This document shows, piece after piece, positions 50,253-59,151 of a stretch of DNA of 64,000 nucleotides; the stretch's first letter is position 1, and each line of letters starts with the position of its first letter. The stretch lies in NCBI GenBank assembly GCA_041746255.1, contig JBGTHM010000023.1:1-64000 (forward strand), given 5' to 3'. The translations under genes were made by a program, and so were the position numbers. The notes beneath the pieces are model-generated. The model was not told where the DNA came from and ran no database searches. It saw nothing but the letters and a program-made list of their open reading frames with translations. Origin of the DNA: Fibrobacteria bacterium (GTDB lineage: Bacteria; Fibrobacterota; Fibrobacteria; UBA11236).

Positions 50253-51545
50253 ATGAGGAAATCCATGTCACGAACCGCCGCAGAGGCCACCTTGGCCCTT
50301 GGCCTTACCCTTTCCGCGGTTGGCGCCCAACAAACCCCCTTCGGTATCAACGGACCCCTCAAGGTTTGCGGCACCCAACTCTGCAACCAATATGGCCACC
50401 CCATTCAGCTCCGGGGCATCAGCACCCATGGTCTGCAATGGTATCCCTGGGGCGACTGCCTCAAGGAGGAGTCGATGCAATCGTTGGCCACGGATTGGGG
50501 CGCCGACGTCGTGAGGGTGGCCATGTATATGCAGGAAGACGGGTGGACCACCGACAAACCCAAATATACCGCCATGGTCGATCAAGTGATCGAGTCCGCC
50601 ACGGCCAAAGGGATGTACGTCATCATTGATTTCCACCAGCTTTCGCCCGGCGACCCCAACGGCAATTACGACAATGCGGTGGAGTACTTCAATATCATGG
50701 CCGCCAAACACGGTTCCAAAGGAAATATCCTGTACGAGATTTGCAATGAACCCAACGGGGTGAATTGGTCGTCCATCAAACAATACGCGGATAAAATCAT
50801 CCCGGTCATACGTAAGCTCGACGCCAAGAGTCCCATTATCGTCGGTACCATGGGCTGGTCATCGCTGGGTATTTCAGGCCAGGGACCCTGGACGGACATA
50901 GTGGCTAACCCCGTTTCAGATCCGAACGCCATGTACACTTTCCATTTTTACGCCAAAAGTCATGGTGATAATTACCGCAATACGGTGCGAGCAGCTTCGG
51001 AAAAATTGCCTATTTTCGTCACCGAGTTCGGCACCCAGGAATACACCGGCGACGGTCCCAACGATTTCGGCAGCTCGCAGGCGTGGCTCGACCTGTTAGC
51101 CGAAAAGAAAATCTCCTGGGTGGTCTGGAATTTCTCCGATGATTTCCGATCCAGCGGCTTACTCAACGAAAATGTCTGCCCGAACGGTCCCTGGACGGGC
51201 GGCGCGCTGAAGGAGTCGGGCTCCTGGATACAGGCGCGCATGAAAACGCCGGACAATTTTCCCGCTTCGTTAAAACGCGGACAATTTCGGCAGGGATCCG
51301 CTCCCCCCTTCGCCATGGCCAACAGCCTGAACGTGACTATGCTTCCGGGAGCGATCCAAATTGACGTCAATCTCTCCGGCGCTTATTCGGTAGAGATACG
51401 CGCCTTATCCGGACGGAGAGTCGCCCATACCAAAGGCAAGGGCCCCCGCAGCTTCACTTTGGAACAGGGTGGAATCGTTCCGGGTACCCATGTCGTCGAA
51501 GTTCGCCAAGGGAAAAAAGAACCTCCACTTGCGATGGTATTCTAA
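50253..51545 (+). CDS. GH5 endoglucanase (cellulase, GH5_2-like) with C-terminal sorting-like domain
   Basis: QLRGISTHG, YVIIDFH, acid/base NEP, HFY, nucleophile VTEFG. Confidence 0.93.
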   Translation: MRKSMSRTAAEATLALGLTLSAVGAQQTPFGINGPLKVCGTQLCNQYGHPIQLRGISTHGLQWYPWGDCLKEESMQSLATDWGADVVRVAMYMQEDGWTTDKPKYTAMVDQVIESATAKGMYVIIDFHQLSPGDPNGNYDNAVEYFNIMAAKHGSKGNILYEICNEPNGVNWSSIKQYADKIIPVIRKLDAKSPIIVGTMGWSSLGISGQGPWTDIVANPVSDPNAMYTFHFYAKSHGDNYRNTVRAASEKLPIFVTEFGTQEYTGDGPNDFGSSQAWLDLLAEKKISWVVWNFSDDFRSSGLLNENVCPNGPWTGGALKESGSWIQARMKTPDNFPASLKRGQFRQGSAPPFAMANSLNVTMLPGAIQIDVNLSGAYSVEIRALSGRRVAHTKGKGPRSFTLEQGGIVPGTHVVEVRQGKKEPPLAMVF

Positions 51546-51622
51546 AGTTGTAACGTGTAAAATATTCTGCGGAGTACCGCATTGCACGTTTTACCGCCGA
51601 ATCCATTGGCAAGGATCACTAC

Positions 51623-51973
51623 ATGAACCCGATAGTCCCTACCGTCTCGCTATTGGTATTAAGTAATATTTTCATGACCTTCGCATGGTACGCCCACCTG
51701 AAAGAATTGAACCACAAGGCGTGGATAATCGCCGCCTTGGTCAGTTGGGGGATTGCCCTGTTCGAATATCTCCTGCAAGTACCCGCGAACCGCATCGGCT
51801 ATACCGTGCTTTCGGTGGGACAGCTGAAAATCCTTCAGGAAGTCATCACCTTGAGCGTCTTCGTTCCGTTTTCCATCTGGTATCTTAAGGAGCCTCTGAA
51901 ACTGGACTACCTCTGGGCGGGGATTTGCCTGGTGGGGGCGGTTTTTTTCATGTTCCGGGGAAGATTCGCTTAA
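51623..51973 (+). CDS. DMT family (DUF486-type) small membrane protein
   Basis: SNIFMTFAWYAHLK, SWGIALFEY, VPANRIG, LKILQEVITL. Confidence 0.9.
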   Translation: MNPIVPTVSLLVLSNIFMTFAWYAHLKELNHKAWIIAALVSWGIALFEYLLQVPANRIGYTVLSVGQLKILQEVITLSVFVPFSIWYLKEPLKLDYLWAGICLVGAVFFMFRGRFA

Positions 51974-52005
51974 ATTCACCGAAAAATTTCTTCCAAATTC
52001 ACCCC

Positions 52006-52052
52006 TTGCCAAATATTTCCTCGCTTATCTAAATTGAGACTCATTCTCATAT
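52006..52052 (+). promoter_or_regulatory. Promoter with an overlapping Fur-like box
   Basis: TTGCCA(52006)-18 nt-TAAATT(52030); AATTGAGACTCATTCTCATAT at 52032-52052. Confidence 0.78.
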
Positions 52053-52091
52053 TAGGGCTTCCCAGAAGAAACCCAGGAAGAAGGAGTATCG

Positions 52092-52454
52092 ATGCAATCC
52101 GAAAAATTCCCAGAGGGAAAGGACGGCTTCCTCTACGAAATGGGACCAGGTAAGATTTTCTATTGCGCCTGCTCCGAAAGGGTAGTCCTGGAATATAAGG
52201 AACACTTTCTGGTTTTTCGAAAACCCATGTTCCGATATTTTCTGCAGGACTTCGGTAAAGTGTTGCGGTGCCCGGCGCTGCGGCAATGCCTTTCCCAATC
52301 CGGAAGCCTGGAAGTGCAAGGGTATAACGGCCGCATCTCCCTATCGGTAAATCTTTCGGAAGCGACCGAACTTTTCAAACTCTTGGATACGACTGCGCTT
52401 TATCTGGAGGCCCACTCGCCTGCGGGCCAACCATTTCACTCGGGAACCAATTGA
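52092..52454 (+). CDS. Small Cys-containing hypothetical protein leading the iron-uptake operon (possibly DUF6686-like)
   Basis: AAGGAG RBS; YCAC motif; lies between two Fur-like boxes. Confidence 0.7.
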   Translation: MQSEKFPEGKDGFLYEMGPGKIFYCACSERVVLEYKEHFLVFRKPMFRYFLQDFGKVLRCPALRQCLSQSGSLEVQGYNGRISLSVNLSEATELFKLLDTTALYLEAHSPAGQPFHSGTN

Positions 52455-52469
52455 GACTGAGTCTTATTT
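52449..52469. promoter_or_regulatory. Fur-like box upstream of the TonB-dependent receptor
   Basis: AATTGAGACTGAGTCTTATTT. Confidence 0.78.
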
Positions 52470-52524
52470 TTATTTAAATACAAATACCCTATCTTTACTC
52501 TTTCCATTAACTCAGGAGACATCC

Positions 52525-54654
52525 ATGTCATCGCCTTTATTAAAAAACCTTTTCCTTTCAGGCCTGATATCCTGTTCAATAAGTGCGGCCGCCTCGGAAA
52601 TTACCGCTGCCACCGAGCCGATGCCCACCGATTCCCTCCATCTCAACGATAGTTCGTCTCCAGCGACGGTAGAGCTGCGAAAAGTCGAAGTGGTAGGCCG
52701 CGAAAGGCGTTCCTATAAAAGCGACTATTCCTATGGCGCCACCAAAATGCCCATGGCTTCTAAGGACATCCCCCAGTCCATTTCAACGGTGACCAAGGAA
52801 CTAATCCAGGAACAGGGCGCATTGCGCATACACGACATCGCCAACAATGTCGCCGGCGTCAACGTATTCTCCACCTACGACGACATCGTCCTACGCGGAT
52901 TCCGGAGTTGGGGAATGGGCCTCATCAATGGACAGAAAGTTCCAGGTGGCTGGTATCCGCCCACCTTGCGTGGCATTGAGCGCGTAGAGGTGGTTAAAGG
53001 TCCGGCCTCGGCCCTTTTCTCCAATGTGGTTCCCGGTGGCGTAGTCAATTATGTCACCAAAAAACCCCTGGCCGCGCCCTATCGTGAAGTGAATGTGGCT
53101 ACCGGAAGCTGGAACGCCTACCGGGCCGCCACCGATTTTTCCGGTCCGCTGAATGAAGAGAAGTCGGTGCTTTACCGGCTCAACCTGGGCTATGAAAATG
53201 CCGAGTCTTTTCGCAGCCAGCGTTTTGATCGCACGCTATTCGTTTCACCCAGTTTCACGGTACTTCCCGACGAAGCGACCCTGCTCAATGCCGAAATCAC
53301 CTGGACTCGACATCTCTCCGTTTTGGATAGAGGCATGCCGTCCACCGAAAACGCGAAATTCCCGGATATGCCCATCGGACTTTCCGTAAGCCAACCCGGC
53401 GATTTTATCAATAGCGACAGACTTTGGTTCAATATTTCCGGTTCGCGCAGCTTGGGCGATGTTTCGCTTAACGCCAGCTATCTGGGCTCACGCCTCGATG
53501 GTCACCAACAGGAACATGGCTTGAACGAATACATCACCAACGATTCCGTCTCCCTTTATTTCAACGATCGTCTACAAGGAGGAACCAGCCACGGTCTCAG
53601 CCTGTATGCCGACTATTCCGTCACAACAGGTCCCATCCGTCACAATCTCCTGCTTGGCTTCGACATGAACATGCAACAGGATTATTCCACCGAGATCTAT
53701 AACTGGGACAGTGTCGGCACTTTCAGCCTGCGCAACCCGACGTATTCGCGGCGTCCGATCTGGAATTATGAATTATCCGAAAACCCCCTGGGCCAATGGG
53801 ATGCCGTCACCCGCTCCTACGCCGGATATGTGCAGGACCTGTTGGAATGGGATCCCTTCAAATTGCTCATCAGTTTGCGGCAGGAATGGTATTCCCAGAA
53901 GCCGGTCAACGAAAGCTATCCAGAGGCCGTCACTCCGGCTTTCATTCCCCGGGTGGGCCTCACCTATGCGGCCATAGACGATATCAACCTGTACGCGACT
54001 TATGCTACCGGATTTCAACCCGCGGAAGGCTGGTTGCAGAATCCTCAATATGGCGGTCCCTTCGAAACGCCCGAAACCAGCGAAATGGCGGAAGCCGGAA
54101 TCAAAAGTGAATGGCTTAATAAACGCTTGCTGACCACTCTGGCTGTTTACCAGATTGAAAAAAACGATGTGGTGACTTGGGCTAATGATTCGGATAATCC
54201 CGACCTTTACCGGCAAGTAGGCCAAATTCGTTCGCGGGGATTCGAAGCGGAAATGACAGGCAAGATTCTTCCCCAATGGGACATCTCCTGGAATTACGCT
54301 TTCAACGATGCGGAAATCACGGAGGATACCGACCCTGAAAATGTCGGCAAACCCTTCGAAAACGCACCCCGCCACGCTACCGGCCTGTGGACGAATTACC
54401 GTCTCCCGTTCGGCGTAGGAATGGGCGTCGGGTATGAATACGTCGGCGAACGTTATACTTTCCGGGACGGCTTCATGCTGCCCGAATATGGAGTCTGGAA
54501 CGCTTCCCTAAGCTACCGGTCCGGCCCCTACACTATCGGCGGCAAGCTCAACAATGTGCTTGACGAAAACCATTGGACGGGCGGATATTATCCCGGCCGT
54601 ACCTTCCCGGGCGCGCCGCGCAATTGGCTGGCGCAAATGAGTTACAACTTCTAA
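52525..54654 (+). CDS. TonB-dependent siderophore receptor
   Basis: TonB-box-like VEVVG, ATKM..DIPQSIS, IERVEVVKGPASAL, GAPRN...YNF end. Confidence 0.95.
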   Translation: MSSPLLKNLFLSGLISCSISAAASEITAATEPMPTDSLHLNDSSSPATVELRKVEVVGRERRSYKSDYSYGATKMPMASKDIPQSISTVTKELIQEQGALRIHDIANNVAGVNVFSTYDDIVLRGFRSWGMGLINGQKVPGGWYPPTLRGIERVEVVKGPASALFSNVVPGGVVNYVTKKPLAAPYREVNVATGSWNAYRAATDFSGPLNEEKSVLYRLNLGYENAESFRSQRFDRTLFVSPSFTVLPDEATLLNAEITWTRHLSVLDRGMPSTENAKFPDMPIGLSVSQPGDFINSDRLWFNISGSRSLGDVSLNASYLGSRLDGHQQEHGLNEYITNDSVSLYFNDRLQGGTSHGLSLYADYSVTTGPIRHNLLLGFDMNMQQDYSTEIYNWDSVGTFSLRNPTYSRRPIWNYELSENPLGQWDAVTRSYAGYVQDLLEWDPFKLLISLRQEWYSQKPVNESYPEAVTPAFIPRVGLTYAAIDDINLYATYATGFQPAEGWLQNPQYGGPFETPETSEMAEAGIKSEWLNKRLLTTLAVYQIEKNDVVTWANDSDNPDLYRQVGQIRSRGFEAEMTGKILPQWDISWNYAFNDAEITEDTDPENVGKPFENAPRHATGLWTNYRLPFGVGMGVGYEYVGERYTFRDGFMLPEYGVWNASLSYRSGPYTIGGKLNNVLDENHWTGGYYPGRTFPGAPRNWLAQMSYNF

Positions 54655-54656
54655 TC

Positions 54657-55871
54657 ATGCTTAAGCTCAAACGTTTTATCGGCCCTCTGCATTTATGGGT
54701 AGGCCTCGCTTCCGGGGCTTTCGTCTTCATCATTTCGCTGGCGGCCGCTCTCTTCGTATTCGAAAAGGAACTTACGGACCTTTTCCATCGCGGTACGGTT
54801 TTCATTGAGCCGTCGGAAGCGCCTCCCCTACCCCTGGCGGAACTTTTCGCCATCGCCCAGGCCGCCGTTCCCGACGAACCCGTGCACTCGGTGGATTGGG
54901 AAGGGGGCAGCCGGGCCTACATGTTCACCACCTGGAAACTTAGCGACAAGTGGGGATGGACGTTCTGGTCGGAATACGATCATTGGAAGCATATCTACGT
55001 GAACCCGCATACGGGAAAAGTCCAGGGTATAGTGAATCAATTATATAACCCTATTTATCTGTTCCGGATGCTCCACCAGCAATTATTGCTTCGCTATGAA
55101 ATCGGCCACCATATCGTGGCCGTATCCACATTCCTGTTTTTCGGAATGATTCTATCGGGGCTGGTGCTTTGGTGGCCCCGTAATAAAGCGGCATTGAAAC
55201 AGGGCCTTCTCATCAAAACCAAATCCGGAAACCGGCGGCTCAATTATGATCTACATCGGGTGGGCGGCCTTTACGCCTACCTTTTCGTCCTCTTGCTGGG
55301 GGCTACGGGTCTGGTCTGGTCTTATAAGTGGTGGACCAACGGAATTTACCGGTTGTTGGGACAGGACCCGGCCACCGTGTTCGAAAACTCCAAGCCCCCA
55401 CCCCTGCCGTCGGCGGAAGGAGAAATTCACAACCCGCTCGACCTTGCCTGGTTGGATATGCAAACCCGCCGACCCGACTGGAACCATCTTTCCTTGAGCC
55501 TGCCGGGCGCCTGGGGAGGCGATGACAAAGACTTATACGCGTACCTGCGCTTTGACGGTAGCAATTCGGGTTGGGATACCTGGGATGAATACCGTTATCA
55601 CCCCCAGACGGGTGAGGCTTATCACCAATTCGTGCATGAGGAAAAATCGATCGGAGAAAAGTGGCGCAATTCCAATTACGCCATTCATGTGGGTAGCATC
55701 TACGGTTGGCCTTCCAAAATCCTGGCCTTTTGCGTTTCGCTGTTCGCGGCCAGTTTGCCGGTGACTGGGTTTCTCATCTGGAGGGGCCGGAGCAAGAGGC
55801 GCGGGAATGCCCGGGCACAAAGCCCCAGGACAGCCTTTCAGGCGCTAACTACTGCCCGAAAATCTGTGTAA
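54657..55871 (+). CDS. PepSY-associated TM helix protein (probable ferric-siderophore reductase)
   Basis: LHLWVGL, YVNPHTGKV, LH, SGLVLWWP, YDLHRVGG, IHVG. Confidence 0.92.
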   Translation: MLKLKRFIGPLHLWVGLASGAFVFIISLAAALFVFEKELTDLFHRGTVFIEPSEAPPLPLAELFAIAQAAVPDEPVHSVDWEGGSRAYMFTTWKLSDKWGWTFWSEYDHWKHIYVNPHTGKVQGIVNQLYNPIYLFRMLHQQLLLRYEIGHHIVAVSTFLFFGMILSGLVLWWPRNKAALKQGLLIKTKSGNRRLNYDLHRVGGLYAYLFVLLLGATGLVWSYKWWTNGIYRLLGQDPATVFENSKPPPLPSAEGEIHNPLDLAWLDMQTRRPDWNHLSLSLPGAWGGDDKDLYAYLRFDGSNSGWDTWDEYRYHPQTGEAYHQFVHEEKSIGEKWRNSNYAIHVGSIYGWPSKILAFCVSLFAASLPVTGFLIWRGRSKRRGNARAQSPRTAFQALTTARKSV

Positions 55872-55916
55872 TTTTATATCTTGACTGGATATTTACACAA
55901 TTATATGCTTAATAAA
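55865..55916 (+). promoter_or_regulatory. Sigma70 promoter, probably leaderless, with an inverted repeat around the -35
   Basis: TTGACT(55881)-17 nt-TATGCT(55904); ATG at 55916; no SD. Confidence 0.65.
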
Positions 55917-57079
55917 TGCTAAAAAGGGCCATATCGGAAAAATGCCTGGCTCTTGCCGCCCAATTTCCCGTTCTGACGCTGACAGGGCCGCGTCAGTCGG
56001 GTAAGACCACACTGGCTAAGGCACTGTTTCCCTCCAAGCCGTACGCCAACCTAGAGGACCCTGATACTCGAGACTTTGCTCTGGAAGACCCAAAGGGCTT
56101 TCTGGCGCAATTTCCCGATGGGGCCATCATCGATGAAATCCAGCGGGCTCCAGATATTCCCTCTTATTTGCAAGGCTTGGTGGACAAAGATTCCCGGGCC
56201 GGGCGATTCTTGATTACCGGCAGCCAGCAATTCGAGGTAATCAATACCATAAACCAATCGCTGGCGGGAAGAACCGGAGTTCTCAAGCTTCTCCCGCTCT
56301 CTTTGGCCGAACTTCGGAAAGCCGGAGAATTGCCGGAAATCAATCAGTTGCTGCTGCAAGGGTTTTACCCGCGCCTGCACCGGGATGGAATCGATCCACC
56401 GGATTTCTACGCAAGTTATTTCGAAACCTATGTGCAGCGAGATTTGCGACAGCTCACGCAAATTGCGAATCTTCACGCCTTTGAAAAGTTCACCCGTCTG
56501 CTCGCCGGACGAATTGGTCAGTTACTCAATCTATCTTCCTTGGCGAGCGATGTCGGCATAGCCCATGGGACAGCGACACATTGGCTTTCCATTCTCGAAG
56601 CCAGTTATATCGTTTTCCTGCTGCCGCCACTCCACGCCAACCTGGGTAAGCGACTGATCAAAAGTCCCAAAGCCTATTTCTATGATACGGGACTGGCCGC
56701 CTACCTCATGGGAATGGAATCGGAAGCGCAGATGAACACCCATCCCCTGAAAGGTTCATTGTTCGAAAATATGATTGTCCTGGATTTTCTGAAGGAGAGA
56801 TTTAATCGCGGTCGGCGCTCCAATCTGTTCTTCTATCGCGACAGTCATGGAAATGAAGTCGATCTAATTCTCCAAGGCCCTCCGGAACCGATGCCAGTGG
56901 AAATCAAGCTTGGCGAAACGCCTCATGGAGAATTTCTGAAGGGCATTCGACAGTTCCGGGATGCGCTGGACAAACCCGACCTCCCTGGCAAAGTGGTTTA
57001 CGGCGGCAATTCGCGCATCGCAAGGGAGCAAGTGGATTATATCCCTTGGAAGGACTTGCCGGTTTTGCTTTCGGAATAA
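55916..57079 (+). CDS. AAA_14 ATPase with DUF4143 domain
   Basis: GPRQSGKTT, DEIQR, ITGS, KSPK.YFYDTGL, LFEN, EVD...VEIK. Confidence 0.93.
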   Translation: MLKRAISEKCLALAAQFPVLTLTGPRQSGKTTLAKALFPSKPYANLEDPDTRDFALEDPKGFLAQFPDGAIIDEIQRAPDIPSYLQGLVDKDSRAGRFLITGSQQFEVINTINQSLAGRTGVLKLLPLSLAELRKAGELPEINQLLLQGFYPRLHRDGIDPPDFYASYFETYVQRDLRQLTQIANLHAFEKFTRLLAGRIGQLLNLSSLASDVGIAHGTATHWLSILEASYIVFLLPPLHANLGKRLIKSPKAYFYDTGLAAYLMGMESEAQMNTHPLKGSLFENMIVLDFLKERFNRGRRSNLFFYRDSHGNEVDLILQGPPEPMPVEIKLGETPHGEFLKGIRQFRDALDKPDLPGKVVYGGNSRIAREQVDYIPWKDLPVLLSE

Positions 57080-57121
57080 GGAGAATCCAGTCGAATTACC
57101 CCTTAATTCCCCCGGTTTATT

Positions 57122-59077
57122 CTAATTGGGAATGATATCGATTATCACCGAGCGGTTATAAAAGCGTTCCTCGGGAAAATTATTGTCGAAGGGGGCGTAC
57201 GCGGTATTTTCGCCGAACCCGAAGGTTTCGAAAGTGATCCCTTGTTTTCCGGTTTTTGCCAGCCCATTTTCAATGATACCCCGAGTATCCCGCACCCTTT
57301 CTTCGGACAGGTTACGATTGAATTCCTCTTCGCCGATGATATCGGTATAACCGTGGATAACCACGATGCTATTATCGGAAATAAGAGGAATGACCGATTC
57401 GGTCAGGAAGGTTGCATAGCTGTCTTTGGACTGTGATTTTCCGAAATCAAACAAAACACTGAAACGAATCGCCTCCTTAACGGCATCGACTCTCCGCACC
57501 AGACGTACTGAACGTTCCTTTTTCACGACCTTTCCATTCTGGTCTCGGGCTACCATGACCACCTTATAGTCGCCCTCATTGCGGTTGCCAAGGATGGTAT
57601 TCCCCGAAATGCTCTCACGGCTGCGGGTATACGGACCGAAGTGTTGGATAGCACCCGCTTCGTCGGTGATTTCCAAAGACCAGGATGTCAAAATATCGTT
57701 ATCATCCGTCACCTTGAACAAGACATGGCTATCGAGGGGATCCTCAACATCCGCGATGATTTGCACGGGCTTCAGTCCATAATGGCTTTCTCCTCCGACC
57801 TGAACCATCATTTCCGAAGAGTTGCTTTCGATTTCGACCCGGTTGTTGCCGGCTTGCAGAAGCTCGAGATCCTTGGTGCCGCCGGGCATTCCCGAGGGAA
57901 TCAGGGGCTTATCGCGTCCTTGGGTATTGATTCTCGATGCTTCGATTCCGAATACATCTACCAGGTATTTCTTAACTGTTTCCGCCCTTGCCTTGCCGTG
58001 TTCAGCGCCATTCTCCGAAGTTCCGCTCAAGGATATGGAGGTCGCGGGGTTTCTCTTCATGCGATCGCCAACGGTATTGAGGATATTGTAATACACGGTC
58101 ATTTGCCGAAGCGAACGGCCGGTATTGTTTTTAGGCGTTACTTCCTGCAATTGTTCTTCCTCGAAGCTATCAGCCTCCGCTTTGGAAAGCATCACGTATC
58201 GATTGGAAATATCATTCGAGCCTTCGTCGAAGAACACATAATTTCGGAGTGGGAAGGTTTCCCTTACCCGGCGTTTGACGACAACGGCCTTGGGAGCCCT
58301 GACCGAGAACTGGACTCCGGATTCCGTAACTTCGGTTTCTTCACGAGGAATGACTTTTCCGGTTCCGAACTTGAGCGTCGCGCCCATACGCAAAGTCGAA
58401 ACCGCCCAGGATTCGATCGAACGAGGTTGCTGACCCCAGTAGGGCTGGTAGGAGATGAAGGGCGAAAGATCCACTTGAATCTTGTTATTCGGAGCCGCGA
58501 GAGGGATATCGTATCCCATTCCAAGCTGTCCCGAGAATACCACTCCTCGCATATCGGTGAACTCACCATTGACATCGGATTGATATTCCTGGGTATATTC
58601 GAAACTTTTCTCACGGTCCCTCGAGGTCTTGGGAATATTAGGCGACCACTTGAAGCCGATTCGGGGACCGGCGAACATATAGAAGCGGCCCGCGAAAGGA
58701 GCCACCCGCAAGCTGGGCTCCAGAGTGAAATAACTGAGAGTGGTCGACAAGGTCGCCACCTCGCCGCAAGGGCAGATAACATCGTCGAACCTTCCGCCGC
58801 GACCGTCATAACCCGATTCGACCATTACGCCCCAAATCGAATCGTGACGGTACTCCAGATGCGGAGCCAAATAAAGACCGGCTCCGAATCCCTTGTGAAA
58901 GGGAACCGGTGTCGTCAAACTCGGGTTCAGCTGCTGAAGCGTACCGCTATAATAATTGAGATTGGCTGCTGCCGACGCGCCGAACCACCAGGTCGGCTGT
59001 GCCCTTTCGACCTCTTCGGCGCTGGGTGCGGCTTGGAAACCGAACAAGATTAATGCTGTGGCAATGACTCGATACAT
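57122..59077 (-). CDS. OmpA-family protein (N-terminal beta-barrel, two OmpA-like C-terminal domains)
   Basis: Signal peptide after an AAGGGG RBS; RAETVKKYL...NNRVEI and FDFGKS...GYTDIIG...LSEER...NRSV. Confidence 0.88.
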   Translation of the reverse strand: MYRVIATALILFGFQAAPSAEEVERAQPTWWFGASAAANLNYYSGTLQQLNPSLTTPVPFHKGFGAGLYLAPHLEYRHDSIWGVMVESGYDGRGGRFDDVICPCGEVATLSTTLSYFTLEPSLRVAPFAGRFYMFAGPRIGFKWSPNIPKTSRDREKSFEYTQEYQSDVNGEFTDMRGVVFSGQLGMGYDIPLAAPNNKIQVDLSPFISYQPYWGQQPRSIESWAVSTLRMGATLKFGTGKVIPREETEVTESGVQFSVRAPKAVVVKRRVRETFPLRNYVFFDEGSNDISNRYVMLSKAEADSFEEEQLQEVTPKNNTGRSLRQMTVYYNILNTVGDRMKRNPATSISLSGTSENGAEHGKARAETVKKYLVDVFGIEASRINTQGRDKPLIPSGMPGGTKDLELLQAGNNRVEIESNSSEMMVQVGGESHYGLKPVQIIADVEDPLDSHVLFKVTDDNDILTSWSLEITDEAGAIQHFGPYTRSRESISGNTILGNRNEGDYKVVMVARDQNGKVVKKERSVRLVRRVDAVKEAIRFSVLFDFGKSQSKDSYATFLTESVIPLISDNSIVVIHGYTDIIGEEEFNRNLSEERVRDTRGIIENGLAKTGKQGITFETFGFGENTAYAPFDNNFPEERFYNRSVIIDIIPN

Positions 59078-59151
59078 GCGTATCCCCTTATTGGACTTAT
59101 GCGAGGTAAAAGTGTTTTTCATAAAATTGCTTCCGATATTCATAGGGCGCC

